Below, in pieces: positions 21,359-30,717 of a stretch of 64,000 nucleotides of DNA. The position numbers and the translations under genes are program-made. Origin of the DNA: a virus. Taxonomy: Duplodnaviria > Caudoviricetes. The stretch lies in IMG/VR virus record IMGVR_UViG_3300035498_000877, positions 1 to 64,000 of that record; one strand, 5' to 3'. The first letter of the stretch is position 1; the number at the start of each line of letters is the position of its first letter. The notes beneath the pieces are model-generated. The model worked only from the letters and a program-made list of their open reading frames with translations, was not told the origin of the DNA and did no database searches.

Positions 21359-22645
21359 ATGAGCAATAAGAAGTACTTGGGGGGGGGTTCATTAAAATCC
21401 CTAATACAAACTATATTAACAACATTTCCAACAAGTGAAATTACTGAAGATGAAATAAATGATATGTACTATCCAGCAACTGTGTATGGATTTAGTATAG
21501 ATCAAACTGAATCTGATCCTAATAGTATAATATCATATATTAGTGGTACTACTAATGAAAACTATACACCAGCACATATGGATTATGATAATGATGTATT
21601 TGATTATGGAGATTGGGGCAATGCATTCTTTATAAAGAATCTTAGACCATGTATGTTAAATTATGATGGTACTGAGGCATGTCTATTAGATCCAAATGAT
21701 TATACTAAAACTATTAGTGGAGAGGATTCATATAATTCAGATACTACTGTTGCAGTAATGGTTGGTATACCAAAGGTATATTTTAAAATAGTACCTATAG
21801 ATGATGATCATTGTAATTTCTATTTCTCAGATAAGAAAGTAGATAATAATTATCACTGCTGGGCACATATTAACAATTATGGTGATGAAGTTCCATATTG
21901 CTATTTATCTCCATCTACCATATATACAGGTTCTTTAAATGTTTTATCTCCAGAAGTATTTGCTAATTATGCAAATAATATTAATCAAAATGGTGATAAT
22001 ATATGGAGTATATGGTGCTATAGTGATTGGTTATTAATAGCATTATTATCTCTATTAATATCTAAAACTACTGATTCTAGGACCGCATTTGGTCAAGGTA
22101 GCTATGCAAGTGGTGGTTACACACGTTTGGATCAAAAAGGATTATTCTGGGGAAGTGCAGATAGAGACTCTGATGTTAAGATATTTGGTATTGAAAACTT
22201 ATGGGGTAGTAATATGTATAGATTTATTTATGGCTTAATAGATGCTGATGGTATATTAAAAGCTAAACTTACATATGGTACCCAAGATGGTAGTACTACA
22301 GAAGGGTATAACTTTACAGGTGATGGATATATAGAAGTTGGAGAAGGTGTTATTAATTCTGGATATTTTAAATCGTTATTATTTACAAAAAATGGAATAT
22401 TTATAAAAGATTTTGGTTCTTATAATTATACTAAATCAGTATATTGTGCTTGGACAAACAATTCTAAAAGAATTGACGCAGATGGTATGCATTATTCCCA
22501 TCCACTTATAGCTTGTATTGGTGGTGAAACAGAATATACAGGAGAGTCAAATATGCTAAGTATAACTATTGAAACTGATGCTGTTTCAGGTGGTTGGTGG
22601 TCTTACAATAGTGCAATTAAATGTTTACCAAAATTAGCAAGTTAA
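21359..22645 (+). CDS. Putative tail fibre/receptor-binding protein (C-type lectin/FGE-sulfatase-like fold)
   Basis: VYGFSID..ESDP, RPCMLNYDG, VMVGIPKVYFK and FGIENLWG motifs typical of Mtd-like/CLec phage fibre proteins of Firmicutes phages. Confidence 0.6.
   Translation: MSNKKYLGGGSLKSLIQTILTTFPTSEITEDEINDMYYPATVYGFSIDQTESDPNSIISYISGTTNENYTPAHMDYDNDVFDYGDWGNAFFIKNLRPCMLNYDGTEACLLDPNDYTKTISGEDSYNSDTTVAVMVGIPKVYFKIVPIDDDHCNFYFSDKKVDNNYHCWAHINNYGDEVPYCYLSPSTIYTGSLNVLSPEVFANYANNINQNGDNIWSIWCYSDWLLIALLSLLISKTTDSRTAFGQGSYASGGYTRLDQKGLFWGSADRDSDVKIFGIENLWGSNMYRFIYGLIDADGILKAKLTYGTQDGSTTEGYNFTGDGYIEVGEGVINSGYFKSLLFTKNGIFIKDFGSYNYTKSVYCAWTNNSKRIDADGMHYSHPLIACIGGETEYTGESNMLSITIETDAVSGGWWSYNSAIKCLPKLAS
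21379..21387 (+). repeat. G9 homopolymer in codons 7-10 of the fibre-like gene
   Basis: ttGGGGGGGGGttc; the longest G/C run I noticed in this AT-rich window. Confidence 0.85.
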
Positions 22646-22646
22646 T

Positions 22647-22672
22647 AGAAGAGGGATATTAATCCCTCTTCT
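22647..22672. terminator. Bidirectional terminator hairpin
   Basis: AGAAGAGGGAT-atta-ATCCCTCTTCT between convergent genes. Confidence 0.8.
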
Positions 22673-23205
22673 TATTTTGTTTCTTCTTTTTCTTTATCTC
22701 TAAATATTCTAGGAAATTCAGTAACAAGAATTTCTAATTTATCATCATCAAGAAATGTTATAACTGGCTTAGATATAATATCATATAATGACCATGGGCA
22801 TTTTTCTGGAAACTTTCTACCACGTGCTAAGTCACAAAATGTTCTTGAATCAAAATTATAATGTCTCTGTGCAGTAGTATACATATCATTGCCATTAAAT
22901 CCTGATGTTAATTTAAATTTCATATCTTCCCATGGGAATGGTTCATTCATTTGTAATAAATCAATCAATTTTGCCTGATGTTCCATAGCATGCTCATATC
23001 TAGTTACAATTAATTTTGTAGCAACCTGCTTGTTAAATATTCCTTCAGTATATGAATAATTAATCTCCATAATATATGCAATTGTCCTAGCAGCATGAGC
23101 AAAGCATTTGTGATAAATAATATCATTCTTCTCTAATTCTTTTTCATGAGATACAATTGAATCTTTCATCTTAATAATAAATTGTGTAAATTCATAGTCA
23201 TTCAT
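22672..23205 (-). CDS. DUF29-like protein (paralog 3, divergent)
   Basis: C-terminal FPEKCPWSLYDII motif; helical. Confidence 0.55.
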   Translation of the reverse strand: MNDYEFTQFIIKMKDSIVSHEKELEKNDIIYHKCFAHAARTIAYIMEINYSYTEGIFNKQVATKLIVTRYEHAMEHQAKLIDLLQMNEPFPWEDMKFKLTSGFNGNDMYTTAQRHYNFDSRTFCDLARGRKFPEKCPWSLYDIISKPVITFLDDDKLEILVTEFPRIFRDKEKEETK

Positions 23206-23208
23206 ATT

Positions 23209-23763
23209 TTATTCTTCCTCCAAATATTCATAATGATTATTTATTATATTAGGTAAAACTGATATTAATTCTTCAATAGTATTTTCCATTAAATCATATA
23301 AGTTCCATGGACACTCATCTGGAATTAACTCTAGCCCTACTCTAAGGTCTTTATAAGTTTTACTATCTTTCTTATAGTTAGCAATTCCTGTATTATATAT
23401 CTCATTAAAATTATCTTTTAAATATTTAACATAATTTGCTTTTGGCTTATTCCTATTCCATTCAGTAATATCAATTACATCGTCAATGTGTTCAACTATC
23501 TCATCCCTCCATTTAATTTTATTTCTGTTGAATACTATTTCACTGTTACAATATGCAAGTTTAAATAAGTGCTCTATTGCAACAGCTAATTTTGAGTAGC
23601 ATTTAGTTTTTGCATCAACTTCTTCCAAGTAGACATTTTCATTCCATGATTCATTAAATGGTACTCCCTGAGCGGATGCATTTAATGCATGCCTAATCCT
23701 GTCCAATTCATCATTTAATAATTCCAGTCTTTGTAATGCTTCATCAAATTCTTTATTATACAT
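23209..23763 (-). CDS. DUF29-like protein (paralog 2)
   Basis: IEHLFKLAY...KWRDEI...IY..G...IPDECPWNLYDLM matches the DUF29 pattern (HLLK..W..SI..P..CPY/W). Confidence 0.65.
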   Translation of the reverse strand: MYNKEFDEALQRLELLNDELDRIRHALNASAQGVPFNESWNENVYLEEVDAKTKCYSKLAVAIEHLFKLAYCNSEIVFNRNKIKWRDEIVEHIDDVIDITEWNRNKPKANYVKYLKDNFNEIYNTGIANYKKDSKTYKDLRVGLELIPDECPWNLYDLMENTIEELISVLPNIINNHYEYLEEE

Positions 23764-23765
23764 AT

Positions 23766-24263
23766 CTACTTCTCCTCCTTTATTGAATAATATTGATATA
23801 ATATTGGTATTAGATATTTAATCGTTTTTGATATTAAATCTTCAGCAGTCCATGGGCATTCTTCAGGAAATCTTTTTACCTCAATACCTATATCAGGATA
23901 TTTTTCTAATTCATCTTTATAATTTCGAAGAGCACTATCATAAATATTATCCATATGATTAATGATTGTATCAAGATATGAAGTTTTCATGTTATTACTA
24001 TACCACAATAATTCATCTTTTATTATAGATTGATAATTTTTAATTTCTCTGCCCCACTTCTCTTTATTATGGTCAAATACAACATTGGAGCTAAATGCTA
24101 TTTCGAACAGTTTCTCAATAATATGAGACATCAATGTCTCACATTTTTCAATAGTGGATTTTTCAATAAAATTTTCATAGTTCATTACTTGTTTAATTTC
24201 TGAAATCTCCTTAGTTAATAAATTCAGCTTTTCTATAACCTCATTAAATTCTTTATTATTCAT
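23766..24263 (-). CDS. DUF29-like protein (paralog 1)
   Basis: Start MNNKEF after AAAGGAG; IEKLFEIAF..KWGREI..IYDSA..FPEECPWTAEDLI. Confidence 0.65.
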   Translation of the reverse strand: MNNKEFNEVIEKLNLLTKEISEIKQVMNYENFIEKSTIEKCETLMSHIIEKLFEIAFSSNVVFDHNKEKWGREIKNYQSIIKDELLWYSNNMKTSYLDTIINHMDNIYDSALRNYKDELEKYPDIGIEVKRFPEECPWTAEDLISKTIKYLIPILYQYYSIKEEK

Positions 24264-24330
24264 AATTATTCTCCTTTCATATTTAATGATGCATTTAATA
24301 TTCCTATTACATATAGAATATATAAACAAA

Positions 24331-24366
24331 AATAATAGAGAGGTGGTAATCCACCTCTCTATTATT
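24331..24366. terminator. Terminator hairpin
   Basis: AATAATAGAGAGGTGG-taat-CCACCTCTCTATTATT, perfect 16-bp stem. Confidence 0.8.
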
Positions 24367-24518
24367 TAAATAGAATTTTGTTTGATCATATCACACATAT
24401 TATTGACTTTCTCAGATATGTTAATCAACCTTATTGAACGGACTAAGGTATTGGATATAACGCATCCTAATATCACATACGGAGCAGTTTCTATTACAGA
24501 GATTGCAGTTGCTAACAT
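24366..24518 (-). CDS. 50-aa small hydrophobic protein
   Basis: Absent from the ORF track. AAAGGAAGGA RBS; MLATAISVIETAPYVILGCVISNTLVRSIRLINISEKVNNMCDMIKQNSI. Confidence 0.55.
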   Translation of the reverse strand: MLATAISVIETAPYVILGCVISNTLVRSIRLINISEKVNNMCDMIKQNSI

Positions 24519-24540
24519 ATTATATCCTTCCTTTCTGCGT

Positions 24541-27500
24541 TTATTTTGATTCTGTATCTGATATATTATCTTCTACATTATTTTCTGGTTTTTGTTCTTC
24601 AGGTTGTTTTTGTTCTAATGGAGCATTTAAAATATCTCCTTGCTTAATCATATTTTGAATGTACAAATCAAAAGTATCTCCTAATACTTCTTGTAAAGTC
24701 ACTGCACCATTTTCATCAGTAGCTCTATAAACTTTTTTATCTGATTTATTAAATACTCTTAAATCAGTTTCTGTTGCAGCAAATATCATCATTTGATCTA
24801 AGTGTGAATTTTTAGAATTCAGTGATCTCAATTCTGCTACTGGGAAGAATGTAAGATTACCACCTAATACACATAACATAGGATTTGCCAATCTATAAAA
24901 GTATCTCATCTCTTCAGGTACAAATGGATATGTAACATGGAATATATCTTTATCAAATATACTACCAAAACTATTCTTATTGTTATAAGCTTTAGCCCAT
25001 TCAATAAATGCAATATATAACTTCTTACGTCTTACACCATTTTTATCTGATTCTTCTGCATCTCTTTGTTTAGGAAGTGATACATTATTCTGTTGGGTAG
25101 CATCTCCATCTTCCATTAAATAATCAGTAATCCAATCTAAATCATCATCCATAATATCTCCTTCATATGATTCTGTTAATCCATGATTTGATAAATAATT
25201 AGCACATTTATTGCATATATCTATTAGCCTATTATCCCTATCAATTAAATCATCAAATATTCTTTGATCTAACTCATTCTTATTTTTTTCTATTACAGGT
25301 ATAAGATAATTATTTATATCCTCGGCAGTAATTTTACTTAGTTTAGATACTGTTCTATATTGATTTATGATTTGCTGTGCAGGCATATTTTGTAATATCT
25401 TAGGAGTACCATTATTCCACTTATTGATTATTAATAAAAGATCTGCAGCTCTTTGATAATCAACATCAAAAGTCATCATTTCATCAGCAAGATCTTCAAG
25501 ATAACCATTCTTTATACCGATTGCAGTAATTTTACCGGCTGCTTTCTCACGCTTTGATTGATGTTTGTGTGCAAAATTATCATGTGCACCAATATGTTTT
25601 CCTGATGCATCAATATCATCCAATTTAAATCCACGTCCATATTTTAATCGTTCAACAGCTGCCATTTTATTTTGACTAAGATCTATATCAACATCATAAT
25701 CTTCATCTCTCATTGGATCTGATTTAAATAATTTGGTAGATTTAAATGATGGACTATCGGCAGTTTCAATATCACCAACTTTAATTTTGAAAATTGATTT
25801 TTTATCATGCTCTCTAATGTTTTCCATCTCATGAGCACCAAGCATTTTTTCACCAATTCGGCTGATATAGTTATTATATAAACCAACATATTCTACTGAC
25901 TGCAATTTTTTACCAGTTACTTCATCCTTAATTGCAAGCAATTTTTCACCATATGATTGATGGTCCATATTACCTTTTTTAGATATTGTATCTTGTACAT
26001 GTTTATTTTTAGTTTGAAGCTCATTTGGATCAATATCTTTTATTCCTTTTTGGAAGCCTCCATCCACATGACCATGACCTGGATATGTTACTTTAATATC
26101 ATTTAATGAATAAATTAATAATATCATATGTCCAGTTTTCATATCATATCCCTTACGGAAATCATACTTAAGTTTACCATGAGACATTTCATCAAATTCT
26201 ACATCTTCATTCAACATATTTGAATCATCATTATTACTATCATATGATTCAAATTGAGGCTGATATATGAAATTCTTTAGTTCATTTGTATTACCACAAA
26301 AATCCATTAGTCTATCAAAATTTATAGATGCTGGATATCTTTTTGAAGTACAGGCAAAATATAATTTACCATCTTCAAGTTTAAAAATTCCACAATTTTT
26401 GCATTGATATATAGGATTTTTAAAATTATAAATTTTTAGTTTCTTACTATTAGTGATATCATTCCAATCATGATGACAACTTTTAATTTCATTAATTCGT
26501 TTATTATACAATTCAAAAGCTTTTTTATAAATCTTAGTTGGAGCACCATTGGAAGGAGTTGAATCCATATGCCTAACTTTCTTAATTGGACCATAACCAG
26601 GAATCCATGTGTATCCCTTGGCTTTAATATCATCATTGATTCGTTCCATGTCCATATTGTATTCAATCTTACCAGTTCTTTTATCAAATCCAACATTCTG
26701 TGGACTTGTTGATTTGAATGACTGAGTTGGTTCACGTTGCCCAACAACATATTTGACTGGAGTAGTTGAACGATAGTCAATACCAACAGCAGTGACAGAG
26801 TTTACATGTTCTTTAGTATCTAATTTGATAATTTGTTTCACAGTACTCTGGCTAACAAAATCAGCTTCTCCCTCTGAACGAACAACAGCTAAACGTGGTT
26901 TCTTTGGATCATAATCCCATCCAATGCCATCACTTTCTCCATTTGGATCATGTGTTCCAGCAAACTTAATATCTTCTTGTTTTAAATCAAAAATTATCTG
27001 ATATGCATTTCCATCCTTATCATATACACAACGATAGCATCTCTTCAATGTCCCATGAGAACGCTCATCAAAATAATCGTAAGATTCTCCAAATATTTCA
27101 TTAGAAACATCTCCGGTATCTACTTTAAGTTGGTTTCTGCAAAAATTCATAAATTGCTCACATGACATACTTGCATTATAGCTAGGATGAGATAATACTG
27201 ATGTGATGATTAATGGAGATTCAAAATCATTATGCGATTCTCTAAATTTTATTTTTAAATCTTTTATTAAATCGCTTAATCGATCATATTTATGTATCCC
27301 TTTGAAATCATACCATGAATGTTCAAACCAATAATATCCATCTTCCTCTTCGTATATAATACATGTATGTGTTGGACACTGTTCACCATCATTAAGTTCA
27401 AGATACAACATAGTACTTGTATATTTATGCTCTTTAAACCATTTATTTTCTAATTCAGCTTGATCCCAGCATACTCCTACATGTGAATTCAAAAGTTGAT

Positions 27501-27738
27501 TTGGTGATTGCAAACGATAATCAATTCCAAAATTATCATCACCTTCACGCTTTTTCCCATACTTGTCAACCCAGCCATATTCTATACAATCCATCCAGTT
27601 TAATAAGTCTTGAGGAGTTTTACATGTTTCATATGACAATGAATCATCATTAGCTGATTCTCGAAATTGATCATCATATATAAATCTATTCATCCAATCA
27701 AATGCTTCATTTATAGCATTTATATTATATTGATTCAT
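24541..27738 (-). CDS. Multidomain putative head polyprotein: transglutaminase-like + 2 SHG modules + SUKH-like domain
   Basis: Likely start MNQY at 27738 (AGGAGGG RBS). GVCWDQ/THT/WFE triad; ERSHG and EMSHG modules; C-terminal VPEEMRYFYRLANP..FFP..IFAA..LGDTFDLYI is SMI1/KNR4-like. Confidence 0.6.
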   Translation of the reverse strand: MNQYNINAINEAFDWMNRFIYDDQFRESANDDSLSYETCKTPQDLLNWMDCIEYGWVDKYGKKREGDDNFGIDYRLQSPNQLLNSHVGVCWDQAELENKWFKEHKYTSTMLYLELNDGEQCPTHTCIIYEEEDGYYWFEHSWYDFKGIHKYDRLSDLIKDLKIKFRESHNDFESPLIITSVLSHPSYNASMSCEQFMNFCRNQLKVDTGDVSNEIFGESYDYFDERSHGTLKRCYRCVYDKDGNAYQIIFDLKQEDIKFAGTHDPNGESDGIGWDYDPKKPRLAVVRSEGEADFVSQSTVKQIIKLDTKEHVNSVTAVGIDYRSTTPVKYVVGQREPTQSFKSTSPQNVGFDKRTGKIEYNMDMERINDDIKAKGYTWIPGYGPIKKVRHMDSTPSNGAPTKIYKKAFELYNKRINEIKSCHHDWNDITNSKKLKIYNFKNPIYQCKNCGIFKLEDGKLYFACTSKRYPASINFDRLMDFCGNTNELKNFIYQPQFESYDSNNDDSNMLNEDVEFDEMSHGKLKYDFRKGYDMKTGHMILLIYSLNDIKVTYPGHGHVDGGFQKGIKDIDPNELQTKNKHVQDTISKKGNMDHQSYGEKLLAIKDEVTGKKLQSVEYVGLYNNYISRIGEKMLGAHEMENIREHDKKSIFKIKVGDIETADSPSFKSTKLFKSDPMRDEDYDVDIDLSQNKMAAVERLKYGRGFKLDDIDASGKHIGAHDNFAHKHQSKREKAAGKITAIGIKNGYLEDLADEMMTFDVDYQRAADLLLIINKWNNGTPKILQNMPAQQIINQYRTVSKLSKITAEDINNYLIPVIEKNKNELDQRIFDDLIDRDNRLIDICNKCANYLSNHGLTESYEGDIMDDDLDWITDYLMEDGDATQQNNVSLPKQRDAEESDKNGVRRKKLYIAFIEWAKAYNNKNSFGSIFDKDIFHVTYPFVPEEMRYFYRLANPMLCVLGGNLTFFPVAELRSLNSKNSHLDQMMIFAATETDLRVFNKSDKKVYRATDENGAVTLQEVLGDTFDLYIQNMIKQGDILNAPLEQKQPEEQKPENNVEDNISDTESK

Positions 27739-28348
27739 CCAATATATCTCCCTCCTGTGAATAGTCTTCAACATCCTCATCTAACATATTACTTTCATAT
27801 ATTTTATGAGATGCATATTCTTTAGATATTATCATTAGAATATTTAAATCTTGATCAGTCATATTATATAGATCGATCAATATCTTCTCAACCCAATCAA
27901 GTGCTCTAACACAATTTCTTATATTAGTATTGATATGATCATAGTGTTCACCATCAGTATCTTTAGAATAGAATTTAGGTCTTTTAAAGATAGATCTATC
28001 AGCCTTACCACCTACTGATGTTAAATTTCTTAATTTAGATAATTTTGCTAATAGAGGATCAAGTGACTTTTGATCTTTTGAAATTCTATTTTTCTGGGTT
28101 TTCAGTCCATTCATATCTATTCCAGATGGCTTTGCTTCAAATTTAATATCTTCTTTAAACTTCTCAATATCAGATTTAAAATCAATTACTTCTGTTGGAT
28201 CTTTTCTAATTCTATTAATTATATCATCAAGCTTATCAAGAAACTTACTAGTTACAGTAATTATTGGCTCATATGATTTATATAATAGACCAATTGTTTC
28301 ATTACTCTCCATAAATATATTAGTACTTTCTATAATATAATCGTCCAT
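27725..28348 (-). CDS. Putative head protein
   Basis: Start MDDYIIES after GGGAGG; IIES/FMES/IYES sites. Confidence 0.55.
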   Translation of the reverse strand: MDDYIIESTNIFMESNETIGLLYKSYEPIITVTSKFLDKLDDIINRIRKDPTEVIDFKSDIEKFKEDIKFEAKPSGIDMNGLKTQKNRISKDQKSLDPLLAKLSKLRNLTSVGGKADRSIFKRPKFYSKDTDGEHYDHINTNIRNCVRALDWVEKILIDLYNMTDQDLNILMIISKEYASHKIYESNMLDEDVEDYSQEGDILDESI

Positions 28349-28362
28349 TAAATAGACCTCCC

Positions 28363-29640
28363 TTAATATACAAATTTGTGGAATATCCACTCAAGAATTT
28401 TATCGATAGTTTTTAATTCACCCATTTTATCTTGTAACATTAATTTAGGTAATTGATTATTATAATCTCTAATATCTTCTATATTCTCATCATATATATC
28501 TTGTACTCTCTGATGAATTTCTTCTTTCTTGGAAATAAAATCTTCTCTATCTTTTACGGTAGTTACATAGAATGCTCTAGGCATTACTGTAATATCATCT
28601 GGTCTAACTCTAGAGTAGTCAGTATGTAAATTCTTTGGATTAGATGCAGCCATTATATATGCAACGAATGAAGAACACACAAATCTTTTATCTACTTTAG
28701 ATGGAGTAGCAATAAATGCTGTTAATAAATTAGACATTGCATACTGAGTCTTATCTTTATTCATTAATGTATCCTGAACATAATCCATCATTCTTTGTTT
28801 CTCTTCCTTAGTAACAAACATAACACAAATGTACACAGAATCTGTTCCTAAGAAAGATTCATCAGTCATCATATTATCAACAACAAATCCAATATTATCA
28901 TATGAATACATCTTAGTCATTGATTCATCGAATGATACTAATGAATGTGAATATAAATCACCATTAGTAAGTTTGGTAATCATTCCTTTGAACATCATTG
29001 ATGATATTTCAGCATGTGATTTAGGATCACCATTATTACGTAATTTAGAAGTTGAATAAGATTTCGATATTCCAAATACTGGAACAAATTCAGCATCTTC
29101 TTTATCATCTGAAGTTACAAATCCAATCTTGTCCTCATCATTATCAAACTTCCAGCTATCTTCCTCAGTTAAAGGAACATCATCACGTAAATCAATATCA
29201 GCTGATTCTAATAAGAAATTATAGATATCATTAAAATTAGATTCTATCTTATAATCAGATGATTCTTTAAATATTTTTTCAAATTGATCTTCAATTCCCA
29301 ATTCTTTGATATGTCTTTTTAAATGTGATTTAATATCATCTGATAAAACTCCTTGCTGACATGCTCTACTATATGCAGCTTTTATCCCTGGAATAGATAC
29401 TACTAATTTTCCATCTTTCAAAACATGATGGGGATATTTACATTTTGAATTGCTGTATGGAGTTTTAGTTCTTGGATTATTAGTAATATTTTTTACAGGA
29501 GCAATTAAATATGCTTCCTTTAAACAATCTTCCCAATTAGATTCTTTTAATAATTTATCATAGAAATCAGCTCCTGGTTTTTCCCACTTGCCATCAGTAA
29601 TAGCTGATTTCTTTGAATTGTCAATTTTTAATTCACTCAT
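28363..29640 (-). CDS. Putative virion protein with permuted papain-like (YiiX/NlpC-P60-type) domain
   Basis: YSHS His precedes FVCSSFVA Cys (permuted order); N-terminal KYPHH..GKLVVSIPGIKAA domain; FKES/LLES/LTEE linker. Confidence 0.65.
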   Translation of the reverse strand: MSELKIDNSKKSAITDGKWEKPGADFYDKLLKESNWEDCLKEAYLIAPVKNITNNPRTKTPYSNSKCKYPHHVLKDGKLVVSIPGIKAAYSRACQQGVLSDDIKSHLKRHIKELGIEDQFEKIFKESSDYKIESNFNDIYNFLLESADIDLRDDVPLTEEDSWKFDNDEDKIGFVTSDDKEDAEFVPVFGISKSYSTSKLRNNGDPKSHAEISSMMFKGMITKLTNGDLYSHSLVSFDESMTKMYSYDNIGFVVDNMMTDESFLGTDSVYICVMFVTKEEKQRMMDYVQDTLMNKDKTQYAMSNLLTAFIATPSKVDKRFVCSSFVAYIMAASNPKNLHTDYSRVRPDDITVMPRAFYVTTVKDREDFISKKEEIHQRVQDIYDENIEDIRDYNNQLPKLMLQDKMGELKTIDKILEWIFHKFVY

Positions 29641-29754
29641 TTTTAGATCTCCTTTCTATATATAATGTATAAAAATAAGTTTAATACAATTATTAAGCGG
29701 TGAATTTATTAATATTTTTAAAGTTATGGATATATACTATATATTAATCCTTAA

Positions 29755-30660
29755 TAATTCGAATGACAGCTTCTTTTTATTTCGGATGGTGTAACTAATC
29801 TTTCTTATTTGCGTAATGGGTTGTAATAATTTGATTTTTACAATTCATGGTAAAAACTTCTTTCACAATTGTGCTACATGGGGACTGGCTGCCATAGGGA
29901 GGGCAGTCGGTCTTTGTGTACTCAAAAATAAAAATATTAAAAAATATTTAAGTATATACATATATAATAAATTTTTGCTAGATGGAATTTTTTGATAATC
30001 AAATAAATAGGTTTGTTGGTCCTCTATTTTGATATTCAAATAAAATTTCATATATAATTGATGTTTGAAACCAAGTCATCAAATTCATCAATCACACAGA
30101 CAAGATAATGTGAGTACATGGTAACTATTCAAGTGTCAATATCAGTCACAATCGGATGGTACAGATATTTGTCATTACTGAATACCGACAAACTACCAGC
30201 TCCAACATCAAATATTAATTTATTTTGTCAAGGATTCATATGGATAGTTCTAATTCTGTCAGAGGTTTTAGAATGATAAATTTTATAATAATTTCATCTA
30301 GCGAAAATTTGTATACATCATTTTCAATGATGATCTCATTTATATTAATTTTTTTCAATTGTAGCGGGTCTATTTCAAGAGATCGCTCATAGACGTTAAA
30401 CTTTAAAGCTACTCATATATGGTAAATATCCGGGGAATGTCAATGGTAATTTTGTGGAATAATCAAATGAATAGGGAAGGTCACCCCTTTAAACATTATC
30501 GGACGAAGTGTTATGGTTATTATTTCCCCGGACTTGCCATGTAATATAAACAAACTATGACAATTTCATTATTCGTAATTCATATACTTATCTTGTTAAA
30601 AATTGTGATGATTGGTACCGGGTTCCCCTATAACCCTGTATCGGTCATTGCAATTTTTAT
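29755..30660 (+). ncRNA. Candidate large structured non-coding RNA (about 900 nt; ends approximate)
   Basis: No credible ORF. Helices 29816-26/29838-48, 29875-93/29902-20, 29969-89/30290-310, 30416-37/30524-43, 30597-624/30632-59 contain many G-U pairs in + orientation; complementary loops AUAGGG and CCCUAU. Confidence 0.7.
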
Positions 30661-30717
30661 CGCTTTTTTAAGAACGATTTGATAAATTACATTGAAACAA
30701 TGAGGTGATTATTAAAT

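Noticed and set aside
21359-22645. Diversity-generating retroelement target
   Set aside because: The fold is typical of DGR targets, but I saw no reverse transcriptase or template repeat in this window.
29863-30051. 62-aa minus-strand ORF in the large intergenic region
   Set aside because: No RBS, low-complexity composition, and it overlaps helices whose G-U pattern indicates a + strand RNA.
29755-30660. Identification as tmRNA, RNase P RNA, group I/II intron or replication origin
   Set aside because: I found no tRNA-like ends, no GAGGAAAGUCC, no P7 or domain V motifs and no iterons; strand-biased G-U pairing argues against a DNA-level palindrome role. An Rfam search is still needed.
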